From the NCBI GenBank assembly GCA_031290885.1, contig JAISLQ010000059.1, positions 1,514 to 65,513 of the forward strand: DNA of 64,000 bases, read 5' to 3'. Position 1 is the first letter of the stretch. Each line of letters opens with the position of its first letter. Below are positions 18,921 to 28,093 of the stretch, in pieces. The notes under the pieces were generated by a model. The model saw only the letters and a program-made list of their open reading frames with translations. It ran no database searches and was not told the origin of the DNA. The position numbers were made by a program, and so were the translations under genes. Source of the DNA: Acidaminococcales bacterium (GTDB lineage: Bacteria; Bacillota; Negativicutes; Acidaminococcales; JAISLQ01).

Positions 18921-21272
18921 TCAGCTTGCCCGCTTCGCGCCGCCTTCGGCCATTATCCTGTCGGTTATCAGCGCAAACAGCCTCTCCGCCGGCAAACTTG
19001 CCGCCGCCATGACGATGAGGATGGTAAGCGTCCGGCCTTGCGGCACTTTGATGAGCAAAAATTCGTGAAAAAGAAGCATCCCGCCGAAGAAACCGATGGT
19101 CGTGGCCGCGCACAATACAGCCCGAAACCTGTCGAAAGGCCGGCTGGCCTTAAATACGGCTTGTACGCCGATAAACCCGATTATCCCGTACAATATGGTT
19201 ATCGACTCAATGCGCGCCAAACCGAACCGGGCCGCGGCAAAATGCGTCGCAAGCACGGCCAGTATGACGGCCAGGGCATTGGGGAAAGCCCGCCGCAATA
19301 CGGTGCGCAAAAAGGTGCCGGTAATTTTTTTGTTGTCTTTTTGAAAGGACATGGAAAAGGAAGGGAAACCCTCTATGGTCAGATCCATGAGCGTGCCCTG
19401 CAACGGTATGAGCGGGAAGGGTATGTTGAAAACGACGCAGAGCGCGCTTAAAAGCACCGAGTAAATGGTCTTGACAAAAAATATGCCGGCCGCCCGCGTA
19501 ATGTTGTTGACGACCCGGCGCCCTTCCGCCAGCACATAAAGCAGGGAGGAAAAATCGGAATTGAGCAGCACCAGCTTCGACACCTGCCGGGCGGCGTCGC
19601 TGCCCCCGGCGAGCGCCACGCTGCAATCGGCCTCGCGCAGGGCGAGCACGTCGTTCACCCCGTCGCCGGCCATGGCGACGATATGCCCCGCCTCTTTCAG
19701 CGCCCTGACGATAAGTTTTTTCTGCAGCGGGGACACCCGCCCGAAAACGCTGTATTCGGCCGCCGCCCGCTTGACGTCGCTTTCCTCTGCGTAGCCTGAC
19801 ATATCGACGAAATTGGCGTAGGTTTCCAAACCGGCGTTTTTGGCTATGGCGGAAACCGTCAACGGGTTGTCGCCGGAAATAATTTTTATTTCCACGCCCT
19901 GCTCTTTAAAATAGGCCAATGTTTCCGGCGCGTTGCGGCGCACCGGGTCGCTCAGGACAATATAGGCGAGCGGGACGAGCCCGGGCAGTTCATTGCCTAT
20001 GGGCGGCCGCTCGCCGTAGCCGGCCATCAGCACCCGCCCGCCCGCCGCTTCCGCCCGCGCCGCCGCTTCCGGCAGGGGCGCTTCGGACAGGCGCTCGGGC
20101 GCCCCTAAGACCAGCGTGCCGCCGCCGGCGAAAGTTACGGCGCTCCACTTTCTTTGCGAGGAAAACGGTATTTTGCGTGCGGCGGGCAAATCGCCGTTAA
20201 CGGCGAAATATTCTTTCAGCGCTAGGTAAGTGGCGTTGTTGTCGTCGGAATTGCCGAGAAAAGAGCCGATAAGCCGTTCAAAAGGGAGCGGGGTTCCTGC
20301 CCCTTCCAAAACGTGCACGGCCTGCACGGACATTTTTCCTTCGGTGATAGTGCCTGTCTTGTCAAGGCACAATATGTCGACATGCGCCAGGGACTCCAGG
20401 GCGAAAAGTTCCTGCACGAGTATTTTCCTTTTGGCGAGGGCTATGACGCCCGAGGCCAGCGCCACGCTAATCAGCAGCACAAGGCCCTTGGGCAGCATGC
20501 CCAAAAGGGCGGCCGCCGAAGACACGACCGCAAACTGCAAGTCATCGCGCCGCCAGAAGAACGCCTCCAGAAAAAGGCAAGCGCCCAAAGGGACGATCAA
20601 AAAGCTGGTAAAATTGGTAACTTTGCGCATGGAACGCAAAAGTTCGGAATTCACCTCTTTGTGTTTTTTGGCTTCATGCGCTATGGCGGCCGCGTAGTTG
20701 TCTATCCCCACATGCTCTACCCGGGCGTAACATTTGCCGCTGACGACAAAACTGCCGGAAAGCAGGTGGTCGCCGGGTTTTTTGGCAACAAGGTCGGATT
20801 CTCCGGTCAGCAGCGATTCATTTACTTCCGCCTCTCCGTAAAGCACCACCGAATCGACGCTGATTTGCCGGCCGCCGTCGAATATCACGACATCGTCAAG
20901 CACCAATTCCTCCACCGGCGCTTCCAAAATTGCGCCGCCGCGCACCACCGTCGTTTTCGGCATGTTCATGAGCGAAAGTTTTTCCACCAGGTTTTTGGCG
21001 TGAATTTCCTGCGCTACGCCTATGGCGATATTGACGACGATGATGGATATAAAGGCGATATTGGCGTAGGCGCCGACCAGCAGAAGAAAAAGAGCTATCA
21101 GGAAATTGTAAAAATTAAAAAGCGTGGCCAAGTTGTCCTTGACGATCTGGCCATTGGTCCTGGTGATTTTTTCCGGCGCGGTATTTTGCCGCCCCAGGCT
21201 TTTTTGCCGCGCGACCTCTTCCAACGTCAGTCCGGCGGCGTGTTCCGGGAAAAACCTTCCTTCCGTGGGCAT
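18921..21272 (-). CDS. cation-transporting P-type ATPase (HAD-IC family, 783 aa)
   Basis: It has the phosphorylation motif DKTGTITEG, TGES, the hinge GDGVNDVLAL, and multiple transmembrane segments. ATG 21272 has AGGAGG 5 nt upstream. The 958-aa track ORF is a spurious 5' extension. Confidence 0.9.
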   Translation of the reverse strand: MPTEGRFFPEHAAGLTLEEVARQKSLGRQNTAPEKITRTNGQIVKDNLATLFNFYNFLIALFLLLVGAYANIAFISIIVVNIAIGVAQEIHAKNLVEKLSLMNMPKTTVVRGGAILEAPVEELVLDDVVIFDGGRQISVDSVVLYGEAEVNESLLTGESDLVAKKPGDHLLSGSFVVSGKCYARVEHVGIDNYAAAIAHEAKKHKEVNSELLRSMRKVTNFTSFLIVPLGACLFLEAFFWRRDDLQFAVVSSAAALLGMLPKGLVLLISVALASGVIALAKRKILVQELFALESLAHVDILCLDKTGTITEGKMSVQAVHVLEGAGTPLPFERLIGSFLGNSDDNNATYLALKEYFAVNGDLPAARKIPFSSQRKWSAVTFAGGGTLVLGAPERLSEAPLPEAAARAEAAGGRVLMAGYGERPPIGNELPGLVPLAYIVLSDPVRRNAPETLAYFKEQGVEIKIISGDNPLTVSAIAKNAGLETYANFVDMSGYAEESDVKRAAAEYSVFGRVSPLQKKLIVRALKEAGHIVAMAGDGVNDVLALREADCSVALAGGSDAARQVSKLVLLNSDFSSLLYVLAEGRRVVNNITRAAGIFFVKTIYSVLLSALCVVFNIPFPLIPLQGTLMDLTIEGFPSFSMSFQKDNKKITGTFLRTVLRRAFPNALAVILAVLATHFAAARFGLARIESITILYGIIGFIGVQAVFKASRPFDRFRAVLCAATTIGFFGGMLLFHEFLLIKVPQGRTLTILIVMAAASLPAERLFALITDRIMAEGGAKRAS

Positions 21273-21418
21273 GCGACCTCCTATTAAACGGCGCGGTAGC
21301 GATAAATAAGTTGAACAATAACAATGATACCATAAATATGGACTGAAAAAAATACGGGGGATGCCAAGAGCCGGCAAAAAGCCTGTTTTAAAATAAAAAG
21401 CAAAGCCTTGCGGCCGTT

Positions 21419-21961
21419 TCAGCCGTCCCCGGCGCGAAAATTGCCGCGCCCAAGCAGCAGCAGGCCGCCTTGGGCGGCAAAACCGGTAAAAAGGCCGGCA
21501 GGCAGGGAAAAAATGACAAGCGGCGGCAGATAATATAACAGCGCCTGACTGTTTAAGAGCAAACAGGCGGCCAGCAATTGGCCGACATTGTGCGCCGCGG
21601 CGCCGGCCAGGCTGACCCCGGTGAGCGAAACGCGCGGGATTTTCCGCATCAGGGCCATAACCGAAAGGCTGGCCGCGCCGCCGGCCAAACTCAGAAAAAA
21701 AGCGGCCGACAGCAAAGTGCCGGTCAGAAAAGAAGCTATGAAAACCCGCAAAAAAATAACCGCGACGGTCAGCCGCAACGGCAGGAGATAAAGGCACATA
21801 AGCGCCGAAATATTGGCCAGCCCTATTTTAGCGCCCGGCACGGGCAAAAGGGGCGGCAGGGCGCTTTCGGCGACATTGAGGGCCACCCCTATCGCCGCGA
21901 GGGTGGAGGCGAGAACAAGCCGGCGCGCTTCATCGCGATATGGCATCAAGTTCATCCCCAA
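21419..21961 (-). CDS. Gx transporter / heptaprenyl-diphosphate-synthase-component-I-like membrane protein
   Basis: This is a 180-aa polytopic membrane protein with the family-typical PVPGAKIGLANI motif. It follows the NusG_II gene, as is usual for this family. Confidence 0.7.
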   Translation of the reverse strand: MGMNLMPYRDEARRLVLASTLAAIGVALNVAESALPPLLPVPGAKIGLANISALMCLYLLPLRLTVAVIFLRVFIASFLTGTLLSAAFFLSLAGGAASLSVMALMRKIPRVSLTGVSLAGAAAHNVGQLLAACLLLNSQALLYYLPPLVIFSLPAGLFTGFAAQGGLLLLGRGNFRAGDG

Positions 21962-22346
21962 TTCCCGGCTGCTCTATTGCGGCGTAAATTTGCCCGGGAA
22001 GGCAGACGATCATTTGCCGCGGTTTATTTATATAGGACATGTGCATACATATTTTATCGCGGCAGGACGCATCGATCGCCCTTATCCCCTTTTCCGGGTC
22101 AAATTCAAAGGTTATCGGGCCGGCGGCGCCGGCGAAAGACTTCGTGAAAACACCCTGGCGTTTGAGCCGCGCAAGGTCAACGGAAAACAGCTCCGCATCC
22201 TGGGTGGCTACGACCGCCCGCCCGCCGCCCGTTTCCCGGCCGGCAAGGGCGGGGGCTAAAGAAAATAGGGACAAAAGGACGATCGAACCCGCTATGTAAA
22301 AGTCATTTTTGCAAATAAAGCCATTCGCTTTTTTCATTTTTCTCAA
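21930..22346 (-). CDS. NusG domain II-containing (DUF1312) membrane-anchored protein
   Basis: It has an N-terminal transmembrane anchor followed by CRDKICMHMSYINKPRQMIVCLPGQIY, which is typical of the DUF1312 family. It overlaps both neighbouring genes. Confidence 0.7.
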   Translation of the reverse strand: MRKMKKANGFICKNDFYIAGSIVLLSLFSLAPALAGRETGGGRAVVATQDAELFSVDLARLKRQGVFTKSFAGAAGPITFEFDPEKGIRAIDASCRDKICMHMSYINKPRQMIVCLPGQIYAAIEQPGIGDELDAISR

Positions 22347-23379
22347 ATTTGTCCTTTAATCCGGCGGAAATATAAACAGTCCGGCCGCTGTCCACGATCA
22401 CCGCTTCCAATTCGGGTATGTTCTCCATGATGGCCATGCTTTCGGCCGCCGGCAGAAGGAAAAAAAGCGTGGAATAATAGTCGGCCAAAAAAGCGTTTTT
22501 CGTAACGGCGGTGGCGCTGATGTTCCTTGTGCCCGGCCAGCCTGTCTCCGGCAGCAATATATGATGGTAGCGGTTGCCGGACATTTCAAAATAACGCTGG
22601 TAGTCGCCTGAAGTCGCCACGCTCTCGCCGGGCGACAGCCTGAGCACGCCCAAATTCTCATTTAAAGCGCGCGGATCCTGTATGCCGACAAGCCAAGGGG
22701 CTTTATCCGGTTTTTCGCCCACGACCTTGATATTGCCGCCGCCATTGACCAAAGCGCAAATGACATCCGGATCGCCGGCCAAAAACCTGCCGGCTTCCTC
22801 TACCGCCCAACCTTTGGCCAGCGCGCCGAGGTCTATGGACATACCTTTTTCCTCAAGGTAAACCGTCTCCCCCGCCGCCCTGGCCGTTAATTTTTCTTTG
22901 CCCGTGAGCCGCATGGCTTTTCGCAGCTCGCCTGCCCCCGGCAGCCTTTTTTCATCGCGGCATTTGTTCCAAAGGTCGGTCAGCGGCCCTAAAGTTATAT
23001 CAAATTCGGGATATTGTTGGCCCAACACGAAATCTATAATGAAAAACACATCGGTGGATACGGCAACCGGCGCCGCGCCGGCGCTTTCGTTTATCCGCGC
23101 CACTTCCGACAGGCCGCTCTTGCCGTAGCGATCCGTTCGGTCCGCGACGCTTTGCATCAGGGCGAAAGCTTTGTTTACGGCTTCGCCGGTTTTTTGCCGG
23201 TCGTGTCCCATGGCATCTATTTGCACGGCGGTATCCATCATGAACTTGGCGGCGCTGCTTTTCTCCGGAACTTTTTTGCAGGCGGCGGACAAAACAAAAA
23301 GCGGCAGAAGAAAAAGCGCGAGCGATTTAAGGCGAAAAAGCGGCGATGACGGCAAACTGCCGACAAAAATCGTTCTCAA
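22303..23379 (-). CDS. apbE: FAD:protein FMN transferase (ApbE family), probable lipoprotein
   Basis: An ApbE-family core is present (MDTAVQIDA..., GALAKGWAVEE, SVATSGDYQRYFE...HHIL). A signal peptide ends in LSAAC. The start is uncertain: TTG 23379 after AGAAGGG is chosen, and the track ORF extends to 23532. Confidence 0.8.
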   Translation of the reverse strand: MRTIFVGSLPSSPLFRLKSLALFLLPLFVLSAACKKVPEKSSAAKFMMDTAVQIDAMGHDRQKTGEAVNKAFALMQSVADRTDRYGKSGLSEVARINESAGAAPVAVSTDVFFIIDFVLGQQYPEFDITLGPLTDLWNKCRDEKRLPGAGELRKAMRLTGKEKLTARAAGETVYLEEKGMSIDLGALAKGWAVEEAGRFLAGDPDVICALVNGGGNIKVVGEKPDKAPWLVGIQDPRALNENLGVLRLSPGESVATSGDYQRYFEMSGNRYHHILLPETGWPGTRNISATAVTKNAFLADYYSTLFFLLPAAESMAIMENIPELEAVIVDSGRTVYISAGLKDKFEKNEKSEWLYLQK

Positions 23380-23724
23380 AACCCTTCTGATTTGCGCGTA
23401 AAACAAAGGCAACACATCCGAATTGCTTTTCAAAATAAATGAAGTCTCTAAATAACCGCTTGCAAGACACTGCGCCGAACATTTTCCCCTCATGAAACTT
23501 GCCCATAAACAAGATAACACAAGACAACACAAGATATCAAGACCAAACAGCCATATTTTACAGTGCGCCGCTTAGTCTTGGAGAAGGATGGCCCAATATC
23601 AGGCAAATGCTGATTAATTGCCGGCTTTCCCACAAAATTGCATGGCATAAACGAACCTTTTGATGCGCGCGCGGCCGGCGGCCCATATAGGCCGAAGGGG
23701 GCGCGCCCTTTTGGCGCCGAACGG

Positions 23725-25011
23725 TCATTGCCGTGAAGCGGCCAAAGCCTGTTCCAGATCGCCGATGAGGTCGTCTGCGTCCTCTAACCCGACGGACAGG
23801 CGGATCAAGTCGTCGCCCGCCCCGGCCGCCGCCCGTTGCTGCGGCGTAAGCTGTGAATGGGTCGTGCTGGCCGGATGAATGACCAGTGATTTCGCGTCCC
23901 CCACATTGGCGAGCAGGGAGAATATTTTCAGCGCGTTGATGAACCGCGCGCCGGCGGCAAGGCCGCCTTTGATCCCAAAGGTGAGGATGGCGCCGGCGCC
24001 CCTGGGCAGGTATTTTTGCGCCAGGCCATAGTCTGGATGGCTTTTCAAGCCAGGATAGCTTACCCAGCCCACCGCAGGGTGCGCCGCCAAAAACTGCGCC
24101 ACTTTCAGCGCATTGTCGCTATGCCGCCGCATCCTTAGCGGCAAGGTTTCCAGCCCCTGCAAAAAAAGAAAACTGTTAAAAGGGCTCAAAGCCGCGCCCA
24201 AGTCGCGCAAAACCTGGACGCGTAGGCGGGTGATGAAGGCGGCGGCCCCGATGTCGCGGCTGTAACTTAGGTCATGGTAGCTGGCGTCCGGTTCGCTCAA
24301 ATTGGGGAACTTGCCCGTGCCCCAGTCAAACTTTCCCGCATCGATAACGACGCCGCCCATGGACGTCCCGTGGCCGCCGATAAATTTGGTCGCCGAGTGA
24401 ACGACGACGTCCGCGCCTGAAAAAATCGGACGCTGCAAGTACGGGGTGGAAAAGGTGGCGTCAACTAAGAGCGGCAGCCCGGCCTCGTGCGCGATGCGCG
24501 CGATCGCCTCGACGTCCAGCACGTTGAGGCGGGGGTTGCCGATGGTTTCCGCGTACAAGGCCTTGGTCTTTGGCGTGATCGCCCGGGAAAAATCGTCCGG
24601 GCCGCCTGCGGCGAAAACGACCTTGACGCCGAGTTTGGGCAAGGTGTAGGCAAACATGTTGTAGGTGCCGCCATAGAGCGCGGAGGAGCTTACTATCTCG
24701 TCGCCGTTTTGCGCAACATTGAAAATGGCGGCGCTGATGGCGGCGTGCCCGGAAGCGAAAGCCACGGCGCCGACGCCGCCTTCCAAAAGAGCCATGCGTT
24801 TTTCAAAGACATCGGTGGTTGGGTTCGTGATCCGGGTGTAGATGTTGCCGGCCTCTTTCAGCGCGAACAGGTTGGCGCCATGTTCGGCGTCGCGGAAATT
24901 GTAAGAAGTCGTTTGATAGACAGGCACGGCGCGCGCGCCGGTCGCCGGGTCGGGCTGCTGCCCGCCGTGTACGGCAAGCGTGTCAAAATGCAGATTGTCG
25001 GGCAAGGGCAA
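23725..25011 (-). CDS. metY: O-acetylhomoserine/O-acetylserine sulfhydrylase (PLP-dependent)
   Basis: FDTLAVHGGQ and the PLP-lysine motif HSATKFIGGHG are present. TTG 25011 lies 8 nt after AAAGGAGG. The track ORF start at 25065 is an extension. Confidence 0.9.
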   Translation of the reverse strand: MPLPDNLHFDTLAVHGGQQPDPATGARAVPVYQTTSYNFRDAEHGANLFALKEAGNIYTRITNPTTDVFEKRMALLEGGVGAVAFASGHAAISAAIFNVAQNGDEIVSSSALYGGTYNMFAYTLPKLGVKVVFAAGGPDDFSRAITPKTKALYAETIGNPRLNVLDVEAIARIAHEAGLPLLVDATFSTPYLQRPIFSGADVVVHSATKFIGGHGTSMGGVVIDAGKFDWGTGKFPNLSEPDASYHDLSYSRDIGAAAFITRLRVQVLRDLGAALSPFNSFLFLQGLETLPLRMRRHSDNALKVAQFLAAHPAVGWVSYPGLKSHPDYGLAQKYLPRGAGAILTFGIKGGLAAGARFINALKIFSLLANVGDAKSLVIHPASTTHSQLTPQQRAAAGAGDDLIRLSVGLEDADDLIGDLEQALAASRQ

Positions 25012-25226
25012 GATAAAAACCTCCTTTAAATACGGGGGAGTGCGGCCGCTTTCGGCTTCAAGCACGAGCCTCCTGTGTTTTAAAAACGCGCGGTTGCGCG
25101 ACTTTCAAATTTAAGATGGTAAAAATTGACCATTTTCAGCAAATCGCAAAACAGCATGTTCAGTTTGGTCGATATTTTCCAATGCTTGTCCTTTTTGACG
25201 TTCTTAAAATAAGGCTCGACTGCTTT

Positions 25227-25568
25227 TCAACGCAACAAAGGCGACCATAAATCGAATATTTGGGGATTGTTTATATAAAAACACATGATCGCGTCTTTGC
25301 CGCCGGATTTTCTTGCGATGAAACGCCCAATAGCATCGTCAATTTTCCGGCCACGGACAATATAAGCCAAACCGCCGTATTCGCCGAACGCTTTTTTCAA
25401 TTTCCCGGAAGTTATGGCCCAAAGAACAGAGGACGACGATAGCCTCTTTATCGTCGGGGATTTTCGGACAAAGCCCGCTGAAAACGGTCTGCCCCAAAGG
25501 GGAAACAGCGCGGCCCTTTGCATGCCCGAAAGATCCGATATTTCTTTTAAAGCCGCGTTCTGCTCCAT
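25227..25568 (-). pseudogene. N-terminal fragment of a TcmP/LCM-like class I SAM-dependent methyltransferase
   Basis: The product looks like the N-terminal 100 residues of that family (LSGMQRAALFPLWGR...GLAYIVRGRKIDDAIGRFI). It terminates before any GxGxG SAM-binding motif. Confidence 0.4.
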
Positions 25569-25601
25569 TAATCGCGCTCCGCCGCCATGTCGCTCCCGCA
25601 A

Positions 25602-26834
25602 TTACAGGCGCAGGGCGCCAGGCGGGGCGGGCAGGTCTTCGGCGCCGGCGTATGCAAACATGGCTTTGTCGATGTCTTTCACGATTTTTTCGTCAATGCA
25701 GCCTTTTTGCGCTAATTCATAAAGTATGGGCATGGTTTCTTTGTGGCTGCGGCTGGAGTGGTAAGGGCGCGCTTCGCTCACCGCCTGGTAGATGTCCAGG
25801 CAGGCGATGAGCCGCGCGTTAAAGTCCATGTTTTCCGCCCGCAAACCGAAAGGGTAGCCTGTGCCGTCCAATTTTTCATGGTGCTTATAGGCCCAGTCGC
25901 GTATGTCCTCGAACCCGGCAATGTTTTTGAGCAGTTCGTAGGTCATGCGCGCGTGGTCTTTTATCGTGGCGAATTCTTCCGCCGTCAGTGCGCCTTGTTT
26001 TTCCAGTATCCGCGCCGGGGTGGACAGCTTGCCGATGTCGTGCAGAGCGGCCGCAAGATATAGCTGCGCGCGCAAGGAGTGGCTGTGCCCGTAGTATTCG
26101 CCCATCAGCCACGCCCTGTTCGCAATCTGTATGGAATGGCGTTTGGTGAACTCCGATTTATAGTCGATAAACCGCGCGGCCAACCCGGCCAGCCGAAAAA
26201 CCGCCTCGTCTTCCACGTCCGCGCTCCAAGTCGGTATGATTTTTTCCACCGTGTCGGCGATCCGGCCGTCGCGCAGCAAAAGGAGCATTTCCTCGTCAAG
26301 CACCGTCAGCATGGCTTCGGCGGCGCGCCGGGTGAAATGTTTGCCGGCGCTTGCGGCTATCCGCCGGCGGATAGCCGCAAGGCCCTCCAAGGGTATGGTT
26401 TGCAGGTGGCTGCTGACATCGAGCATGTCGGAGATGGCGATCAGTTCCGCGCCCAGCGGCAATTCTCCCTCTTTCTTGCCGAAGGCGCCGCTGCCGTCGG
26501 CAAGTTCATGGTGATACAGCACAAAGCCGCTGATATCGGTTTTAAAAGGCAGCATTTCCACATCGCGCTGCCCATATTGGCAGTGCAGGCGCATGGCCGG
26601 GCTGTTGCCCATCCGTTCGGCGAGGATGTATTCGGTGAGCGCACAGTCGTGAAACAACGCGCAGGTAGCCAGAGCGGACAATTCGCTTTCGCCCATCTGG
26701 AAATGCCGCCCCATAGCGGCGCACAAAACGGCGATGCGCTTGCCGTGGTGGGTGCTTGCGCCCAAAAGGTCGCCTTCCACTATGTCAAGCGCCGCGGCGA
26801 CAGCCCTTACTAATTGATCCATTCTTATCCGCAT
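25602..26834 (-). CDS. tandem HD-GYP domain protein (putative c-di-GMP phosphodiesterase)
   Basis: The C-terminal domain is canonical (LHDIGK ... HHEKLDGTGYPFG). The N-terminal domain is a degenerate copy (HHGKRIA, LFHDCAL, YHHELADGSGAFG). Confidence 0.85.
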   Translation of the reverse strand: MRIRMDQLVRAVAAALDIVEGDLLGASTHHGKRIAVLCAAMGRHFQMGESELSALATCALFHDCALTEYILAERMGNSPAMRLHCQYGQRDVEMLPFKTDISGFVLYHHELADGSGAFGKKEGELPLGAELIAISDMLDVSSHLQTIPLEGLAAIRRRIAASAGKHFTRRAAEAMLTVLDEEMLLLLRDGRIADTVEKIIPTWSADVEDEAVFRLAGLAARFIDYKSEFTKRHSIQIANRAWLMGEYYGHSHSLRAQLYLAAALHDIGKLSTPARILEKQGALTAEEFATIKDHARMTYELLKNIAGFEDIRDWAYKHHEKLDGTGYPFGLRAENMDFNARLIACLDIYQAVSEARPYHSSRSHKETMPILYELAQKGCIDEKIVKDIDKAMFAYAGAEDLPAPPGALRL

Positions 26835-27018
26835 TTTTCGTCTCCGATTTTTGAAATTTATGGTGTTTGCCGTATTCAGCAGGTTGCGCCGGCAGAAGGA
26901 TTTTTTTGTTTGCCGCCGAAAATATTAATTTGGGAATGCGCATCTTGTTTTGTTTTGCGCTCACAGCCGCCCGGGGAAAGCGGGACGGCTGCCGGTTATT
27001 TTAAGGAGGAGATAAGAA

Positions 27019-27543
27019 ATGAGTACGGCGGTTATTTACACCCGGGGCGGCGATCAGGGCATGACCAGCCTTTTGGACGGCACGCGCGTCAAAAAATATG
27101 ATTTGCGGGTGGAAAGCTACGGCACTGTTGACGAACTTAATTCCCAGATCGGCTTTGCCCGGAATTTTCTTGAAAACGACGTTATGAGCGGACGCCTGCG
27201 GGATGCGCAGCGCGACCTTTTCGGCGTGGCCGGCGAACTGGCCGACCCTTCCGGCAAATATACCGCCGGGTTTACGGACGCAACGGTGAAAAAATTGGAG
27301 GATTGGATAGACGAGGCCATCAAACTTTACGATCCCGCGCCCAAATTCATCGTGCCCGGCAGCAACAATGCCTCCGGCGCGCTGCATATAGCGCGTACTG
27401 TGTGCCGGAGGGCGGAGCGTTTTATCGTCGCTTTAAACGATCGGTCGCCGGTCAACCCCGTGCTCATCCGATACATAAACAGACTTTCGGATCTGCTTTA
27501 TACTTATGCCCGCTACGCGGAAGAATGTCAGGATACTGTCTGA
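27019..27543 (+). CDS. PduO-type ATP:cob(I)alamin adenosyltransferase
   Basis: IYTRGGDQGMTSL and VESYGTVDELNSQIG are present. The 174-aa length fits, and SD AAGGAGGAG lies upstream. Confidence 0.9.
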   Translation: MSTAVIYTRGGDQGMTSLLDGTRVKKYDLRVESYGTVDELNSQIGFARNFLENDVMSGRLRDAQRDLFGVAGELADPSGKYTAGFTDATVKKLEDWIDEAIKLYDPAPKFIVPGSNNASGALHIARTVCRRAERFIVALNDRSPVNPVLIRYINRLSDLLYTYARYAEECQDTV

Positions 27544-27544
27544 A

Positions 27545-28030
27545 AAGTTCTGGCTGCCCTTTTTGCAACGCGCGCAACGAACTGGCCGGCCGCGCCCTCT
27601 ATGAGGAAGGCATGAAACCAATGTCGCCGTCTTTGAAAAATGCCGCCCCTTGCGAAAGCCGGGGCGCGGCGCATTTTAAGCCTGCCGGCACGTCACTGCG
27701 GCGGGCGGCGCGGTAGCTGGCCGGGCGGCGTTGCCGCCGGTTTCGGCGCGCGCCGCTTGCCGTGGGGCAGCGCAAGATAGCCTCTGCATAACCGAAGTTT
27801 GCCGCAACAGGGGTTGGGGCGAAAGGCTTTTGCGCAAAATCATCCGGGAATCGGAAAAGCACGGGATTTGGCCGCTGCCGGCGGTTGCCAGCGCCGATAA
27901 CGCGGCTGGCGTTGCCTTGCGCGAAAAATGCGCGCCCCGCCTAATCGGGCGCCGAGAAAGGATCGCCCAAGACAACGGCGGCCGGTGGCGCGGGGCCATT
28001 ATGCCGGAACTGCGCAGCAGCCGCCTTTGA
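27545..28030 (+). pseudogene. decayed GNAT N-acetyltransferase (phosphinothricin-acetyltransferase-like) remnant
   Basis: The C-terminal 99-codon ORF (27731-28030) reads like GNAT motif A/B and a PAT-type tail (RNRGWGERLL..., NAAGVALREKC..RLIGRRERIAQDNGGRWRG). Similarity continues upstream in the same frame but is interrupted by in-frame stops (TGA near 27599, TAA 27677-27679). The N-terminal third of the gene is missing. Confidence 0.35.
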
Positions 28031-28093
28031 ACGCGGGGATTTTTCCGTAAAGGATCCGGCCAAAACCCGCGAAAGCCATTCGCGCCTGCCTGG

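Noticed and set aside
21273-21797. 175-codon N-terminal extension of the P-type ATPase ORF (the 958-aa track entry).
   Set aside because: The extension overlaps the Gx-transporter gene in another frame and has junk-like composition. A strong AGGAGG + ATG at 21272 gives a normal-length ATPase.
23590-23724. GC palindrome GGGGGCGCGCCC downstream of metY as a terminator.
   Set aside because: The stem is short and imperfect, and there is no T-run on the metY (minus) strand. Evidence is insufficient to call it.
25012-25226. Possible SAM (S-box) riboswitch upstream of metY.
   Set aside because: The minus-strand leader lacks the conserved S-box elements. Only a weak CGCG hairpin with a T-run is present, and two alternative SD/start pairs account for the region.
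26835-27018. Possible cobalamin riboswitch upstream of the PduO-type adenosyltransferase.
   Set aside because: No B12-box-like sequence is present. There is only a single hairpin (26963-26990) just before the SD.
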